Positions 1 through 7,116 of a stretch of DNA of 24,000 nucleotides are shown here, piece after piece (the first letter of the stretch is position 1; the number at the start of each line of letters is the position of its first letter). The notes beneath the pieces are model-generated. The model made no database searches, was not told where the DNA came from, and worked only from the letters and a program-made list of their open reading frames with translations. Position numbers and translations under genes: made by a program. The stretch comes from Georgenia sp. Z1491. Its GTDB lineage: Bacteria > Actinomycetota > Actinomycetes > Actinomycetales > Actinomycetaceae. Location: positions 19,355 through 43,354 of the forward strand of contig NZ_JBNDNA010000018.1 in assembly GCF_049856175.1 (NCBI RefSeq). The letters run 5' to 3'.

Positions 1-1
1 C

Positions 2-1894
2 GACATCATCGCCCCGGGCCTGTCCGAGGACATCGACGCCGCATTCGCCGGCCACTCGCACCTGGTGAAGTCCACCGAGACCGGCGCCGGTGCCCCGCTG
101 CTGCAGCCCGGTAATTTCGGCAGCCACGTCGCCAACACCCAGCTGACGATCGACCCCGAGTCCGGCGAGATCACGGTCGACACGGCGGAGAACATCGAGA
201 TCACCGAGGAGACCGCGCGCGACGCGGACATCGAGGCGCTCTACCAGGACGCTCTGGCCGAGAGCGAGGAGCTCGGCCAGGAGCAGGTCGGCTCCGTCGT
301 CGCGCCGTTCGACCGCGGCTCGCGCACGGGAGCACCCGACGGCACGAACCGTGGCGCGGAGTCCACGCTCGGCAACTTGCTCGGCGACGCCGCGCTGGCG
401 TCGGCGAACGAGTTCAACCTCGGCGCCGACATCGGCGTCATCAACCCGGGCGGTATCCGCGCGGACCTCGACCCGGACGGCGACGGCGTTGTCACCTACC
501 AGGAGGCGTTCGACGTCCAGCCCTTCGGGAACACGATCGGCGCCGTGACGATCCCGGGCTCCGACCTGCGCCTGCTCCTCGAGCAGCAGCAGCGCACCGT
601 GACGGACTCGCACCCGTACCTGGCGCTCGGCTGGTCCGAGAACCTGGACTACGTGTGGGACCCGGAGAGCAACGAGATCCTCTCCCTGACGATCGACGGC
701 GAGCCCGTGGCCGACGACCAGCAGGTCCGCATCGCCGGTAACACCTTCCTGCTCGCGGGCGGTGACGCGTTCACCGGGTTCACCGACAACGCGAGCAACT
801 TCGTCGACGCCGGAGTGCAGGACGTCCAGGCGCTCAACGACTACCTGGCGGCGAACGAGGAGCTCTCCCCGACCTACGAGCAGCGCTCGATCGGCTGGAC
901 CGGTCCGACGTCGGCTGCCGCCGGCGAGACCGTCTCGGTGGACCTCTCGGGCCTGTCGTTCACGACCGAGGCGGCCGCCAAGCCATTCGAGGTCGAGGTG
1001 CTCCTCGGCGACGAGGTCGTCGGGACCGCCGACGTCGACAACACCCCGTCCGACGGTTACAACACGACCGGCACGGCGACCGTCGACATCACCATCCCTG
1101 AGGGTGCCGAGGTCGGCGAGCAGTCGCTGACCGTCAGCGCCGAGCCGACCGTCGCCGAGGTGCCCTTCGAGGTCACCGAGGGTGCCGAGCAGCCTGGTGA
1201 GCCGGTGCCGCCGTCGCCGGGTCGTGGGTTCTACCTCAACGACGGCTGGAGCATCTGGGCTGACCACGAGTTCTCCTTCGGTCGCCCGGGTGACGAGGTC
1301 CTGGTCGGTGACTGGGACGGCGACGGCGCGGACACCCTCGCGGTGCGTCGCGGGAACGCCTACTACCTGAGCAACTCGCTGTATGGCGGGGCGGCGGAGG
1401 TCGAGCTGACCTACGGCCGCGCGGACGACGCGGTGCTGGTGGGTGACTGGGACGGCGACGGCAGTGACTCGTTCGCGGTGCGCCGGGGGAACAGCTACTT
1501 CCTGTCGAACTCCCTGACCGGTGGGAACGCCGACGCGGAGCTGGACTACGGCCGCGCCGACGACACCGTGCTGGTCGGGGACTACGACGGCGACGGCATC
1601 GACACCTTCACGGTCCGTCGCGGCAACACGTACTACGTGTCCAACTCGCTGAGCACTGGTTGGGCGGAGGTCGAGCTCGACTACGGCCGTGCGTCGGACG
1701 ACGTGCTGGTCGGTGACTGGGACGGCGACGCGGTCGACACCTTCGCGGTGCGCCGCGGGAACCTCTACCTGGTCTCGAACTCGCTGACGTCCACGGTGGC
1801 CGACACCGAGGTCCGCTACGGCCGGGCCGGCGACGAGGTGTTCGTCGGTGACTGGAACGGCGACGGCTCCGACACCCTGGGAGTCCGCCGCTGA
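2..1894 (+). CDS. Bifunctional metallophosphatase/5'-nucleotidase (UshA-like), truncated at its 5' end by the window edge, with a C-terminal 45-aa repeat domain
   Basis: The frame stays open back to nt 2 (DIIAPGLSEDIDAAFAGHSHLVKS, containing the GHSH metallophosphatase motif). 5'-nucleotidase C-domain signatures VINPGGIRADL and VQPFGNT are present. Stop TGA at 1892-1894. Third codon positions are G/C-dominated. Confidence 0.8.
   Translation, partial: DIIAPGLSEDIDAAFAGHSHLVKSTETGAGAPLLQPGNFGSHVANTQLTIDPESGEITVDTAENIEITEETARDADIEALYQDALAESEELGQEQVGSVVAPFDRGSRTGAPDGTNRGAESTLGNLLGDAALASANEFNLGADIGVINPGGIRADLDPDGDGVVTYQEAFDVQPFGNTIGAVTIPGSDLRLLLEQQQRTVTDSHPYLALGWSENLDYVWDPESNEILSLTIDGEPVADDQQVRIAGNTFLLAGGDAFTGFTDNASNFVDAGVQDVQALNDYLAANEELSPTYEQRSIGWTGPTSAAAGETVSVDLSGLSFTTEAAAKPFEVEVLLGDEVVGTADVDNTPSDGYNTTGTATVDITIPEGAEVGEQSLTVSAEPTVAEVPFEVTEGAEQPGEPVPPSPGRGFYLNDGWSIWADHEFSFGRPGDEVLVGDWDGDGADTLAVRRGNAYYLSNSLYGGAAEVELTYGRADDAVLVGDWDGDGSDSFAVRRGNSYFLSNSLTGGNADAELDYGRADDTVLVGDYDGDGIDTFTVRRGNTYYVSNSLSTGWAEVELDYGRASDDVLVGDWDGDAVDTFAVRRGNLYLVSNSLTSTVADTEVRYGRAGDEVFVGDWNGDGSDTLGVRR
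1280..1891 (+). repeat. About 4.5 in-frame tandem copies of a 135-bp (45-aa) unit, GRxxDxVLVGDWDGDGxDTFAVRRGNxYYLSNSLxxGxAExELxY (FG-GAP/VCBS-like)
   Basis: Unit boundaries read directly from the sequence at 1280, 1415, 1550, 1685 and 1820. The last copy is partial and ends at the stop codon. Confidence 0.85.
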
Positions 1895-1903
1895 CACGCA
1901 CCC

Positions 1904-1973
1904 CACGAGTGCGGGGATATTTCCTCACCAACGAGGGGATTCTTCTCCACGAGTGCGGGGAATCTTCCTCACC
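1904..1973. repeat. GC-rich REP-like units (cacgagtgcggggaWWtttcctcacc), inverted relative to the 2171-2285 array
   Basis: Two 26-nt copies at 1904-1929 and 1948-1973 with a degenerate copy between them. The reverse complement of the 2263-2285 unit (cacgagtgaggggacttcctcccc) closely matches these copies. Confidence 0.6.
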
Positions 1974-1974
1974 A

Positions 1975-2012
1975 GTGAGCGCCGCCCGGACCTCGGTCCG
2001 GGCGGCGCTCAC
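1975..2012. terminator. Perfect 18-nt inverted repeat hairpin in a convergent gap, likely an intrinsic or bidirectional terminator without a T-tract
   Basis: gtgagcgccgcccggacc (1975-1992) and ggtccgggcggcgctcac (1995-2012) are exact reverse complements. The hairpin lies 80 nt after the 5'-nucleotidase stop. Confidence 0.55.
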
Positions 2013-2170
2013 TCGTTCGTCGGGCCGCGGGCACCCCCGGGGCGTGGCCTGGCCGGTGAGTCAATCGGCGAAGCGGTGAGTCAACGCCCCGGGCGACTGC
2101 CTCGACACGTACCCGATTGACTGGGCGACAGCGCGACGCCAGGATCCACTCCACGCACCCCAGCGGACCG

Positions 2171-2285
2171 AGCCCCGCTCTCCCGCGGGGAGGCAGTCCG
2201 TTCACTCGCCGGGAGGAAATCCCCTCACTCGCGGGGAGGCAGTCCGCTCTCCCGCGGGGAGGAAGTCCCCTCACTCGTGAGGGGG
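2171..2285. repeat. Five contiguous 23-bp tandem units, consensus about cAGTCCsyTCaCTCGCgGGGAGG, each with an internal CTCCC-GCG-GGGAG type palindrome
   Basis: Units read at 2171-2193, 2194-2216, 2217-2239, 2240-2262 and 2263-2285. There are no spacers, so this is not CRISPR-like. The last unit encodes the TetR C-terminus and stop codon. Confidence 0.8.
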
Positions 2286-2969
2286 TGGTTCGAGGCGCGC
2301 GACGACGGCGTCGATCGTCGCCCGCACCACCTCGGGGTCTGGGCGGTTCGAGCGGAAGAACGCGTGCACCGTGAAGCCCTCGACCAGGGCGTCCAGCGCC
2401 TTGCGCGTCGGCTCGGCGAAGTGCAGGGCGAGGGCGTCGGAGGACATCTGCGTCCACTCGTTGCGCAGCGCCCCGACGGCCGGGTCGTGGTTGCCGTAGG
2501 CGTACAGCTCGAGCATGGCGGTGGTGTCGCGGGGCGTGGAGTACTCGTCGTCGGAGATGAGGGCGGCCAGCGCCGTGCACGCCTCCTCCTGCGACCGGGC
2601 CCCCTCCATCGCCGCGCGGAACTGGCTGGTCATCGTGCGTACGAGCTGCCGGAACGCCTCCTCGAAGATTTCCTCGAGCCCGTCGAAGTAGTAGGTCATC
2701 GACCCCAGCGGCACGCCCGCACGCTCGGCCACGGCGCGGTGCGTCGTCCCCCGCACGCCACCCTCGGCGATCGAGTCGAGGGCCGCCCGCACGATCCGCT
2801 CGCGCCGCTCGGGGTCGTTCGCCCCGCGCCTGCGCCCGCTCGCGCCGCCCGGGCCCCGTCCGGGCGCGGCTGCCTTGCTCCCTCCGCCCGCGCCTCCCGA
2901 GCCCCGTCCTGTCGCGGCCCCCGTGCCCCGTCCTGTCGCGGCCCCCGTGCCCCGTCCTGTCGCGGACAT
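2271..2969 (-). CDS. TetR/AcrR-family transcriptional regulator with a roughly 60-aa Gly/Arg-rich N-terminal extension
   Basis: TetR HTH region RIVRAALDSIAEGGVRGTTHRAVAERAGVPLGSMTYYF. ATG at 2969 is preceded by GGAGGA. The gene is divergent from an MFS gene. Confidence 0.9.
   Translation of the reverse strand: MSATGRGTGAATGRGTGAATGRGSGGAGGGSKAAAPGRGPGGASGRRRGANDPERRERIVRAALDSIAEGGVRGTTHRAVAERAGVPLGSMTYYFDGLEEIFEEAFRQLVRTMTSQFRAAMEGARSQEEACTALAALISDDEYSTPRDTTAMLELYAYGNHDPAVGALRNEWTQMSSDALALHFAEPTRKALDALVEGFTVHAFFRSNRPDPEVVRATIDAVVARLEPPPHE
2901..2965. repeat. 24-bp tandem repeat, about 2.7 copies (gccccgtcctgtcgcggcccccgt), in frame within the TetR N-terminus (ATGRGTGA repeats)
   Basis: Exact copies at 2901-2924 and 2925-2948, with a partial copy at 2949-2965. 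Confidence 0.85.
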
Positions 2970-3015
2970 CTCATCCTCCGGTCGTCGTCGGCCGTACCCT
3001 CGTCCCGCTCGTCAG

Positions 3016-3050
3016 TGTACATTTGTCCGCGAAACATGTACGAACGTACA
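3016..3050. promoter_or_regulatory. Candidate TetR operator: TGTACA (3016-3021) plus the 14-bp palindrome TGTACGAACGTACA (3037-3050)
   Basis: Three TGTAC/GTACA half-sites lie in the 137-bp divergent TetR/MFS intergenic region, which is locally AT-richer. Confidence 0.5.
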
Positions 3051-3106
3051 CGAATGGCGAAGCGAGCACGCTGCGCGCACGCGACGAAGGTGCCCTAGGA
3101 GGTTGT

Positions 3107-4444
3107 ATGTCCGAGGTGATCGCCCGCCACGAGTCGGGGGTCGGCCGTCGACGGCTGGCGCTGCTCGCCCTGTTCCTCCTGCCCGGCCTCGCCATTTCGT
3201 CCTGGGTGACGCGCACGCCCGCGATCCGTGACGCGATCGGTGCCTCGACGGCCGAGATGGGCCTCGTGCTGCTCGGCCTATCGGTCGGGTCGATGGTCGG
3301 CATCCTCGCGGCGGGCCCGCTGGTCACGCGGTTCGGCGGGAAGCCGGTCGTCGTGGTCGGGATGACGCTGCTCGTCCTCAGCATGCCGACGATCGGCCTC
3401 GGCTCCGCCCTCGGTGAGCAGTCCGTCATCACCGCGGGCCTCGCGCTGTTCGGCGCCGGCATGGGGTCCGGCGAGGTCGCGATGAACGTCGAGGGCGCCG
3501 CGATCGAGGAGCTGACCGGGCGCTCGTTCCTGCCCGTCATGCACGGCTGCTTCAGCCTCGGCACGGTGATCGGCGCCCTGCTCGGCATGCTCGCCACGTG
3601 GGGCGGCTTCCCGGTCGGCGTCCACCTCGTCCTCGTCGGCGCCGTCGCGCTGGTCGTCGCCCTGGCGAGCATGAGTCTCGTCCCCGGTGGTACGGGTCGG
3701 GTCGACCCCGCCACCCGGGCGCTCACCGCCGCCGGGCCGCGCGTGCGGGTCTGGAAGGACTCCCGCCTGCTGCTCATCGGGCTCGTGGTGCTCGCGATGG
3801 CGCTCGCCGAGGGCACCGCGAACGACTGGCTGCCGCTGATCATGGTCGACGGCCACGGTGTCGATCTTGCCCTCGGCTCCGCCGTCTACGCCGTGTTCGC
3901 CGCCTCGATGATGGTGGGGCGCTTCGCGGGCGGCGCGATCGTCGAGCGCATCGGGCGCCCGGTCGTGCTCGCCGGGAGCGCGATGTCCGGCGTCGTGGGT
4001 CTCGGGCTCGTCGCGTTCGTCGACAGCCAGCTGGTGGCCGGGCTCGCCGTGGTGCTGTGGGGCCTGGGCACCTCGCTCGGCTTCCCGCTCGCACTGTCCG
4101 CGGCCGGCGACTCCGGGCCGGAGCCGGCCTCGCGCGTCGCGCTCGTCTCGACGGTGGGCTACCTCGCCTTCCTCGTCGGCCCCCCGGTGCTCGGCTTCCT
4201 CGGGGAGGAGGTCGGCCTGCGCAACGCGCTGATCGTCCCGATGGTCGTCCTCGTCGGCGCCGCCTTCCTCACGCCAGCCACCGCTCGTCGCGGCGCCCCC
4301 GACGACGACGCGCCCACCTCCCGTACCCCTGGCGCCGGGGAGGGCGGCGCGCCTCGCGCGGACGGGGGCCACGGTCCCGGCACGACGACGTCGCACGCCG
4401 GCTCGGGTGAGTCCCTCGCCCCGGTCGGGGCTCGCCGGGAGTGA
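3107..4444 (+). CDS. MFS transporter
   Basis: Multiple hydrophobic helices are visible in the translation (LALLALFLLPGLAISSW, VVVVGMTLLVLSM and others). ATG at 3107 lies 4 nt after AGGAGG. The ORF-track start at 3023 would run into the operator region. Confidence 0.85.
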   Translation: MSEVIARHESGVGRRRLALLALFLLPGLAISSWVTRTPAIRDAIGASTAEMGLVLLGLSVGSMVGILAAGPLVTRFGGKPVVVVGMTLLVLSMPTIGLGSALGEQSVITAGLALFGAGMGSGEVAMNVEGAAIEELTGRSFLPVMHGCFSLGTVIGALLGMLATWGGFPVGVHLVLVGAVALVVALASMSLVPGGTGRVDPATRALTAAGPRVRVWKDSRLLLIGLVVLAMALAEGTANDWLPLIMVDGHGVDLALGSAVYAVFAASMMVGRFAGGAIVERIGRPVVLAGSAMSGVVGLGLVAFVDSQLVAGLAVVLWGLGTSLGFPLALSAAGDSGPEPASRVALVSTVGYLAFLVGPPVLGFLGEEVGLRNALIVPMVVLVGAAFLTPATARRGAPDDDAPTSRTPGAGEGGAPRADGGHGPGTTTSHAGSGESLAPVGARRE

Positions 4445-4503
4445 ACCGGCTCGCCCGGAGTGTCGCGGCTCCCCGGGAGTGAGGCGGCTCGCCGGGGGTA
4501 GCC
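4399..4503. repeat. Tandem roughly 19-bp GC-rich units (ggctcgccgggagtgaacc, ggctcgcccggagtgtcgc, ggctccccgggagtgaggc, ggctcgccgggggtagcc) overlapping the MFS stop codon
   Basis: Units read at 4428-4447, 4448-4466, 4467-4485 and 4486-4503, with a degenerate copy at 4399-4427. They share the core CTCGCCGGGAG with the 23-bp units at 2194-2216. Confidence 0.7.
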
Positions 4504-4544
4504 GGCGGCGGTCGGGTGCGGGGCGGGCGTGCCGCGGGGGACCG

Positions 4545-4680
4545 GGTTGTTCGTTCCGCGCTCCGCTGTCGATTGCGGTGTCATCGATAGCTTCGCTGTC
4601 GATATCGCCGTGATCGACAGCGGCGGTCCGGGAGGCGATCCCCTCCGCCGCGTTCCGCGTGACGCAGGATGGTGCGGTGA
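4545..4680. repeat. Copy A of a roughly 140-bp intergenic element with a relatively AT-rich core (core 4563-4630)
   Basis: The core aligns with 14073-14139 at roughly 79% identity by hand alignment (14 differences over 68 nt), with weaker similarity in both flanks. Copy A contains CGCTGTCGAT twice (4564, 4594) and its reverse complement ATCGACAGCG once (4612). Confidence 0.7.
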
Positions 4681-4722
4681 CCATAACGACGAGGCCGCAG
4701 CCCCGCGGCTGCCCAAGGGTTG

Positions 4723-5388
4723 ATGGCCCCGCCGCGAGATCGGCGCGGACCGGTGTCTGACGCGCTGGTCGAGAGCGCGGCGCGGCTGGCCCGGGAGGGG
4801 CAGGCGCGGTCCGGACGCCGCCCGATCCTCGGCATCACCGGCGCTCCCGGCGCGGGCAAGTCGACCCTCGCCGCCTCGCTCGCGGAGGGCCTGCGGGCGG
4901 GGGGCGTCGTCGTCGGGATCCTCCCGATGGACGGCTTCCATCTCGCGGACGTCGAGCTCGACCGGCTGGGGCGCCGGGCCCGCAAGGGCGCGATCGACAC
5001 GTTCGACGGTTGGGGCTACCTCTCCGTCCTCGAGCGCGTGGCGGCTGCCCCGGACCACATCGTCTACGCGCCGGGGTTCGAGCGAGAGCTGGAGCAACCG
5101 ATCGCCGGCGCCGTGGCGATCGAGCCGGACGTCGACCTGGTCATCACCGAGGGCAACTACCTCCTCGCCGACGACGCACCCTGGGACGCGTTGCGCGGCG
5201 TGCTCGGCGAGACGTGGTTCGTCGAGGTGCCCGACGCGCTGCGTCGAGAGCGCCTCGTCGCCCGGCACGTCACGTTCGGCAAGAGCGAGCAGCAGGCGCG
5301 GGACTGGGTCCGCGACGTCGACGAGCCCAACGCCCGGGCCATCCAGGCAACGCGTGACGCCGCCGACCGAGTGGTCGAGGTCGGCTGA
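4723..5388 (+). CDS. P-loop nucleoside/nucleotide kinase family protein (PRK/uridine-kinase/FrcK-like)
   Basis: Walker A motif ILGITGAPGAGKSTLA, followed by LPMDGFH and ITEGNYLL motifs typical of the PRK family. Start is ATG 4723 or TTG 4720, after AAGGG. Confidence 0.8.
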   Translation: MAPPRDRRGPVSDALVESAARLAREGQARSGRRPILGITGAPGAGKSTLAASLAEGLRAGGVVVGILPMDGFHLADVELDRLGRRARKGAIDTFDGWGYLSVLERVAAAPDHIVYAPGFERELEQPIAGAVAIEPDVDLVITEGNYLLADDAPWDALRGVLGETWFVEVPDALRRERLVARHVTFGKSEQQARDWVRDVDEPNARAIQATRDAADRVVEVG

Positions 5389-5422
5389 GGGGCTGGCTCA
5401 GTCAGGGTCTCGGGGCGATCCG

Positions 5423-5626
5423 CTACTTTCGCGTTCCGTAGGGGGGCCGATTCGTCGGCTTGAGCGAGACGCCGAGGTTGGACGCCATCGACTGAACGGC
5501 GCTCTCGGACCGTCCGAGCTTCAGTCCGATCACTCGTGTGGGCGTATTGCCTCGGGCGAGGGCTGAGAGTTCCTGCTTCTCGGTCGAGGACCATGGCTTG
5601 CCTGAGTTGCGTGTCGATTTCGACAT
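5423..5626 (-). CDS. Small (67 aa) Myb/SANT- or GcrA-N-terminal-like HTH protein
   Basis: MSKSTRNSGKPWSSTEKQELSALARGNTPTRVIGLKLGRSESAVQSMASNLGVSL fits a W-x-x-E...L...G...I...LGR...AV pattern. ATG at 5626 is preceded by GAGGTGG. The longer track ORF extending to 5746 has no RBS support. Confidence 0.55.
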   Translation of the reverse strand: MSKSTRNSGKPWSSTEKQELSALARGNTPTRVIGLKLGRSESAVQSMASNLGVSLKPTNRPPYGTRK

Positions 5627-5745
5627 GTGACCACCTCGATCTTGATCCTGCCGGGTGGGTCTGACATCGAGCCCGCGTCGGCTCCCCCCGTCGAGGTGCG
5701 TCCCTCGGTTGCGGCTGTCCGCGGTGGCAACGGACGCGCAGCCCA

Positions 5746-5773
5746 TTGATTAATCCAGGATCCTGGATATTCT
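5746..5773 (+). promoter_or_regulatory. Sigma-70-like promoter (TTGATT, 16-nt spacer, TATTCT) with a perfect 16-bp palindrome ATCCAGGATCCTGGAT (5753-5768) filling the spacer
   Basis: Read directly from the sequence. It is the most AT-rich stretch in the region and lies 28 nt upstream of the yhfZ-like ATG. Confidence 0.5.
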
Positions 5774-5800
5774 CTCTCCGTGGTGTCGACGGAGATTCTC

Positions 5801-6694
5801 ATGACGCGCGTCGGGTACGTGGTCTCACGCCTGGCGGGCGAGCTCGCCGCGCTCACGCCCGGTGACCGCATCCCGAAGGTCGACGACCTCGCTGAGAAGC
5901 TCGACTGCGGCCGCGGGACGATCCAGGCCGCCTTCGCGGTCCTCGAGGAGGCTGCTGCGCTGCGGCTCAAGGCTCGTGGGCGGCTCGGCACGTTCGTCGA
6001 GGCGATCGACCACCGCAACCTCTGGGAGCTGTCCGGCCGGCGCTCAGCCTCGCTCGCGATGCCACTGCCGTACACGCGTCGGTACGAGGGGCTTGCCACC
6101 GGCCTCCAGGCTGCCTTCGACGACGGCGCCATGCCGCTGACGCTGTCCTTCATCCGCGGCTCGGTCGCCCGGGTCCGCGCGCTGCGCGAGGGGCGCGTCG
6201 ACCTCGCCCTCGTCTCCGCCCTGGCAGCCAGCACCTTCGGCGATGTCGAGACCGTCCACGACTACGGCCCCGGCAGCTACGTCGCGGCGCACGCCGTCGT
6301 CGTCCGCCGCGGTATGGACCCCACGGACGCAACCTTGAGGGTCGCGGTCGACCCGAGCTCGGCCGATCTCGTCGACCTGGTGGCCCGCGTCTTCCCGGAC
6401 CTCCCGGCGGAGCGACGCATCGAGATGTCCTACAACCACCTCGATCGCGCGTTCACCGACGGGGCCGTCGACGCCACCGTGTGGAACGCCGACGAGATCG
6501 GTTCGCACATCTCCACGCCCATCGACCTCCACCCGCTGCCCGACTCGGTGGGCGACGCGAACACACGCGGCGTCGTCCTCCGTCTCGCCGGCGACACCCC
6601 GATCTCGGTGGCCGTGCTCGACGCGCTGCGCAGCGACCGCGTGCTGGGCATCGCTGACGACGTCGTCGCCGGACGCGCGATCCCCACCTACTGA
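5801..6694 (+). CDS. yhfZ: YhfZ-like regulator (GntR-type winged HTH plus YhfZ C-terminal domain)
   Basis: N-terminal wHTH IPKVDDLAEKLDCGRGTIQAAFAVLEEAAALRLKARGRLGTFV, and AMPLPYTRRYEGLATG, which I recall as characteristic of YhfZ. ATG at 5801 lies 7 nt after GGAG. GTG at 5780 is an alternative start. Confidence 0.75.
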   Translation: MTRVGYVVSRLAGELAALTPGDRIPKVDDLAEKLDCGRGTIQAAFAVLEEAAALRLKARGRLGTFVEAIDHRNLWELSGRRSASLAMPLPYTRRYEGLATGLQAAFDDGAMPLTLSFIRGSVARVRALREGRVDLALVSALAASTFGDVETVHDYGPGSYVAAHAVVVRRGMDPTDATLRVAVDPSSADLVDLVARVFPDLPAERRIEMSYNHLDRAFTDGAVDATVWNADEIGSHISTPIDLHPLPDSVGDANTRGVVLRLAGDTPISVAVLDALRSDRVLGIADDVVAGRAIPTY

Positions 6695-6717
6695 TCCCCG
6701 CCCCCAAGGAGTCCCGA

Positions 6718-7116
6718 ATGCATCCCACGGTCACTGCCCGGCTCGACGTCTACCGATCCATGGACACGGTTCCGGACGCGGTCGTCGACGCCGTCGCCGA
6801 CGAGGTCGACCGCATCGATCCCGGAGGGGCCCTCGACGACGAGGCGGTCGGCTCGTTCGTCTCCCACCTCGTCAGCGCGCTCGCCAGGGCGGTCGACGGC
6901 GACACGTCCGTCGAGCAACCCGTGGAGGCCGTCTACGACGAGGTCAGACGCACCGTCCCCGACGCCGACTCACGAGCGAGCGAGCTCGCCGCCCGCGTCT
7001 CCGAGCGCCTGTCGGTCGACGTCCCCGAGCCCGAGCGGCGCTTCGTCGCGATCCACCTGGCGGTCATCGACCAGCACCAGACGCAGCACCAGTCCCAGTC
7101 GAAGGAGACATCATGA
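6718..7116 (+). CDS. yhfY: YhfY-like PRD-domain protein
   Basis: 132 aa, helical. Two His-containing PRD-like segments (FVSHLVSALAR, RRFVAIHLAVI). AAGGAG RBS before ATG 6718. ATGA overlap with the next gene. Confidence 0.65.
   Translation: MHPTVTARLDVYRSMDTVPDAVVDAVADEVDRIDPGGALDDEAVGSFVSHLVSALARAVDGDTSVEQPVEAVYDEVRRTVPDADSRASELAARVSERLSVDVPEPERRFVAIHLAVIDQHQTQHQSQSKETS

Noticed and set aside
2171-2285. Whether the 23-bp arrays (and the 19-bp array at 4399-4503) could be a CRISPR array.
   Set aside because: The units are contiguous with no unique spacers, the period is too short, and no cas genes are present in the window.
2117-2374. ORF 2117-2374 plus, with a repeated ALPRGGSP(F/L)TR peptide.
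   Set aside because: The periodic peptide is simply the translation of the 23-bp DNA repeats. There is no RBS, and the ORF overlaps the TetR 3' end.
3023-3106. Upstream extensions suggested by the ORF track for several genes (3023 for MFS, 7322 for yhfT-like, 21855 for BVMO, 5746 for the small HTH, 17566 for the acyltransferase, 20842 for DUF3800, 19055 for PIN, 14828 for the membrane protein).
   Set aside because: In each case a downstream start has a Shine-Dalgarno-like motif or start/stop coupling. The extension either overlaps a neighbouring gene or operator, or translates to low-complexity sequence.
4529-4723. A possible small protein encoded by elements A and B (AVDCGVIDSFAVDIAVIDS versus ATDFGVVVSFVVNIGVINS in the same relative frame).
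   Set aside because: Of the roughly 14 nucleotide differences between the copies, almost all hit first or second codon positions, and only 1-2 are synonymous. That is not the pattern of a conserved peptide. There is no RBS, and the upstream parts of the two ORFs are unrelated.
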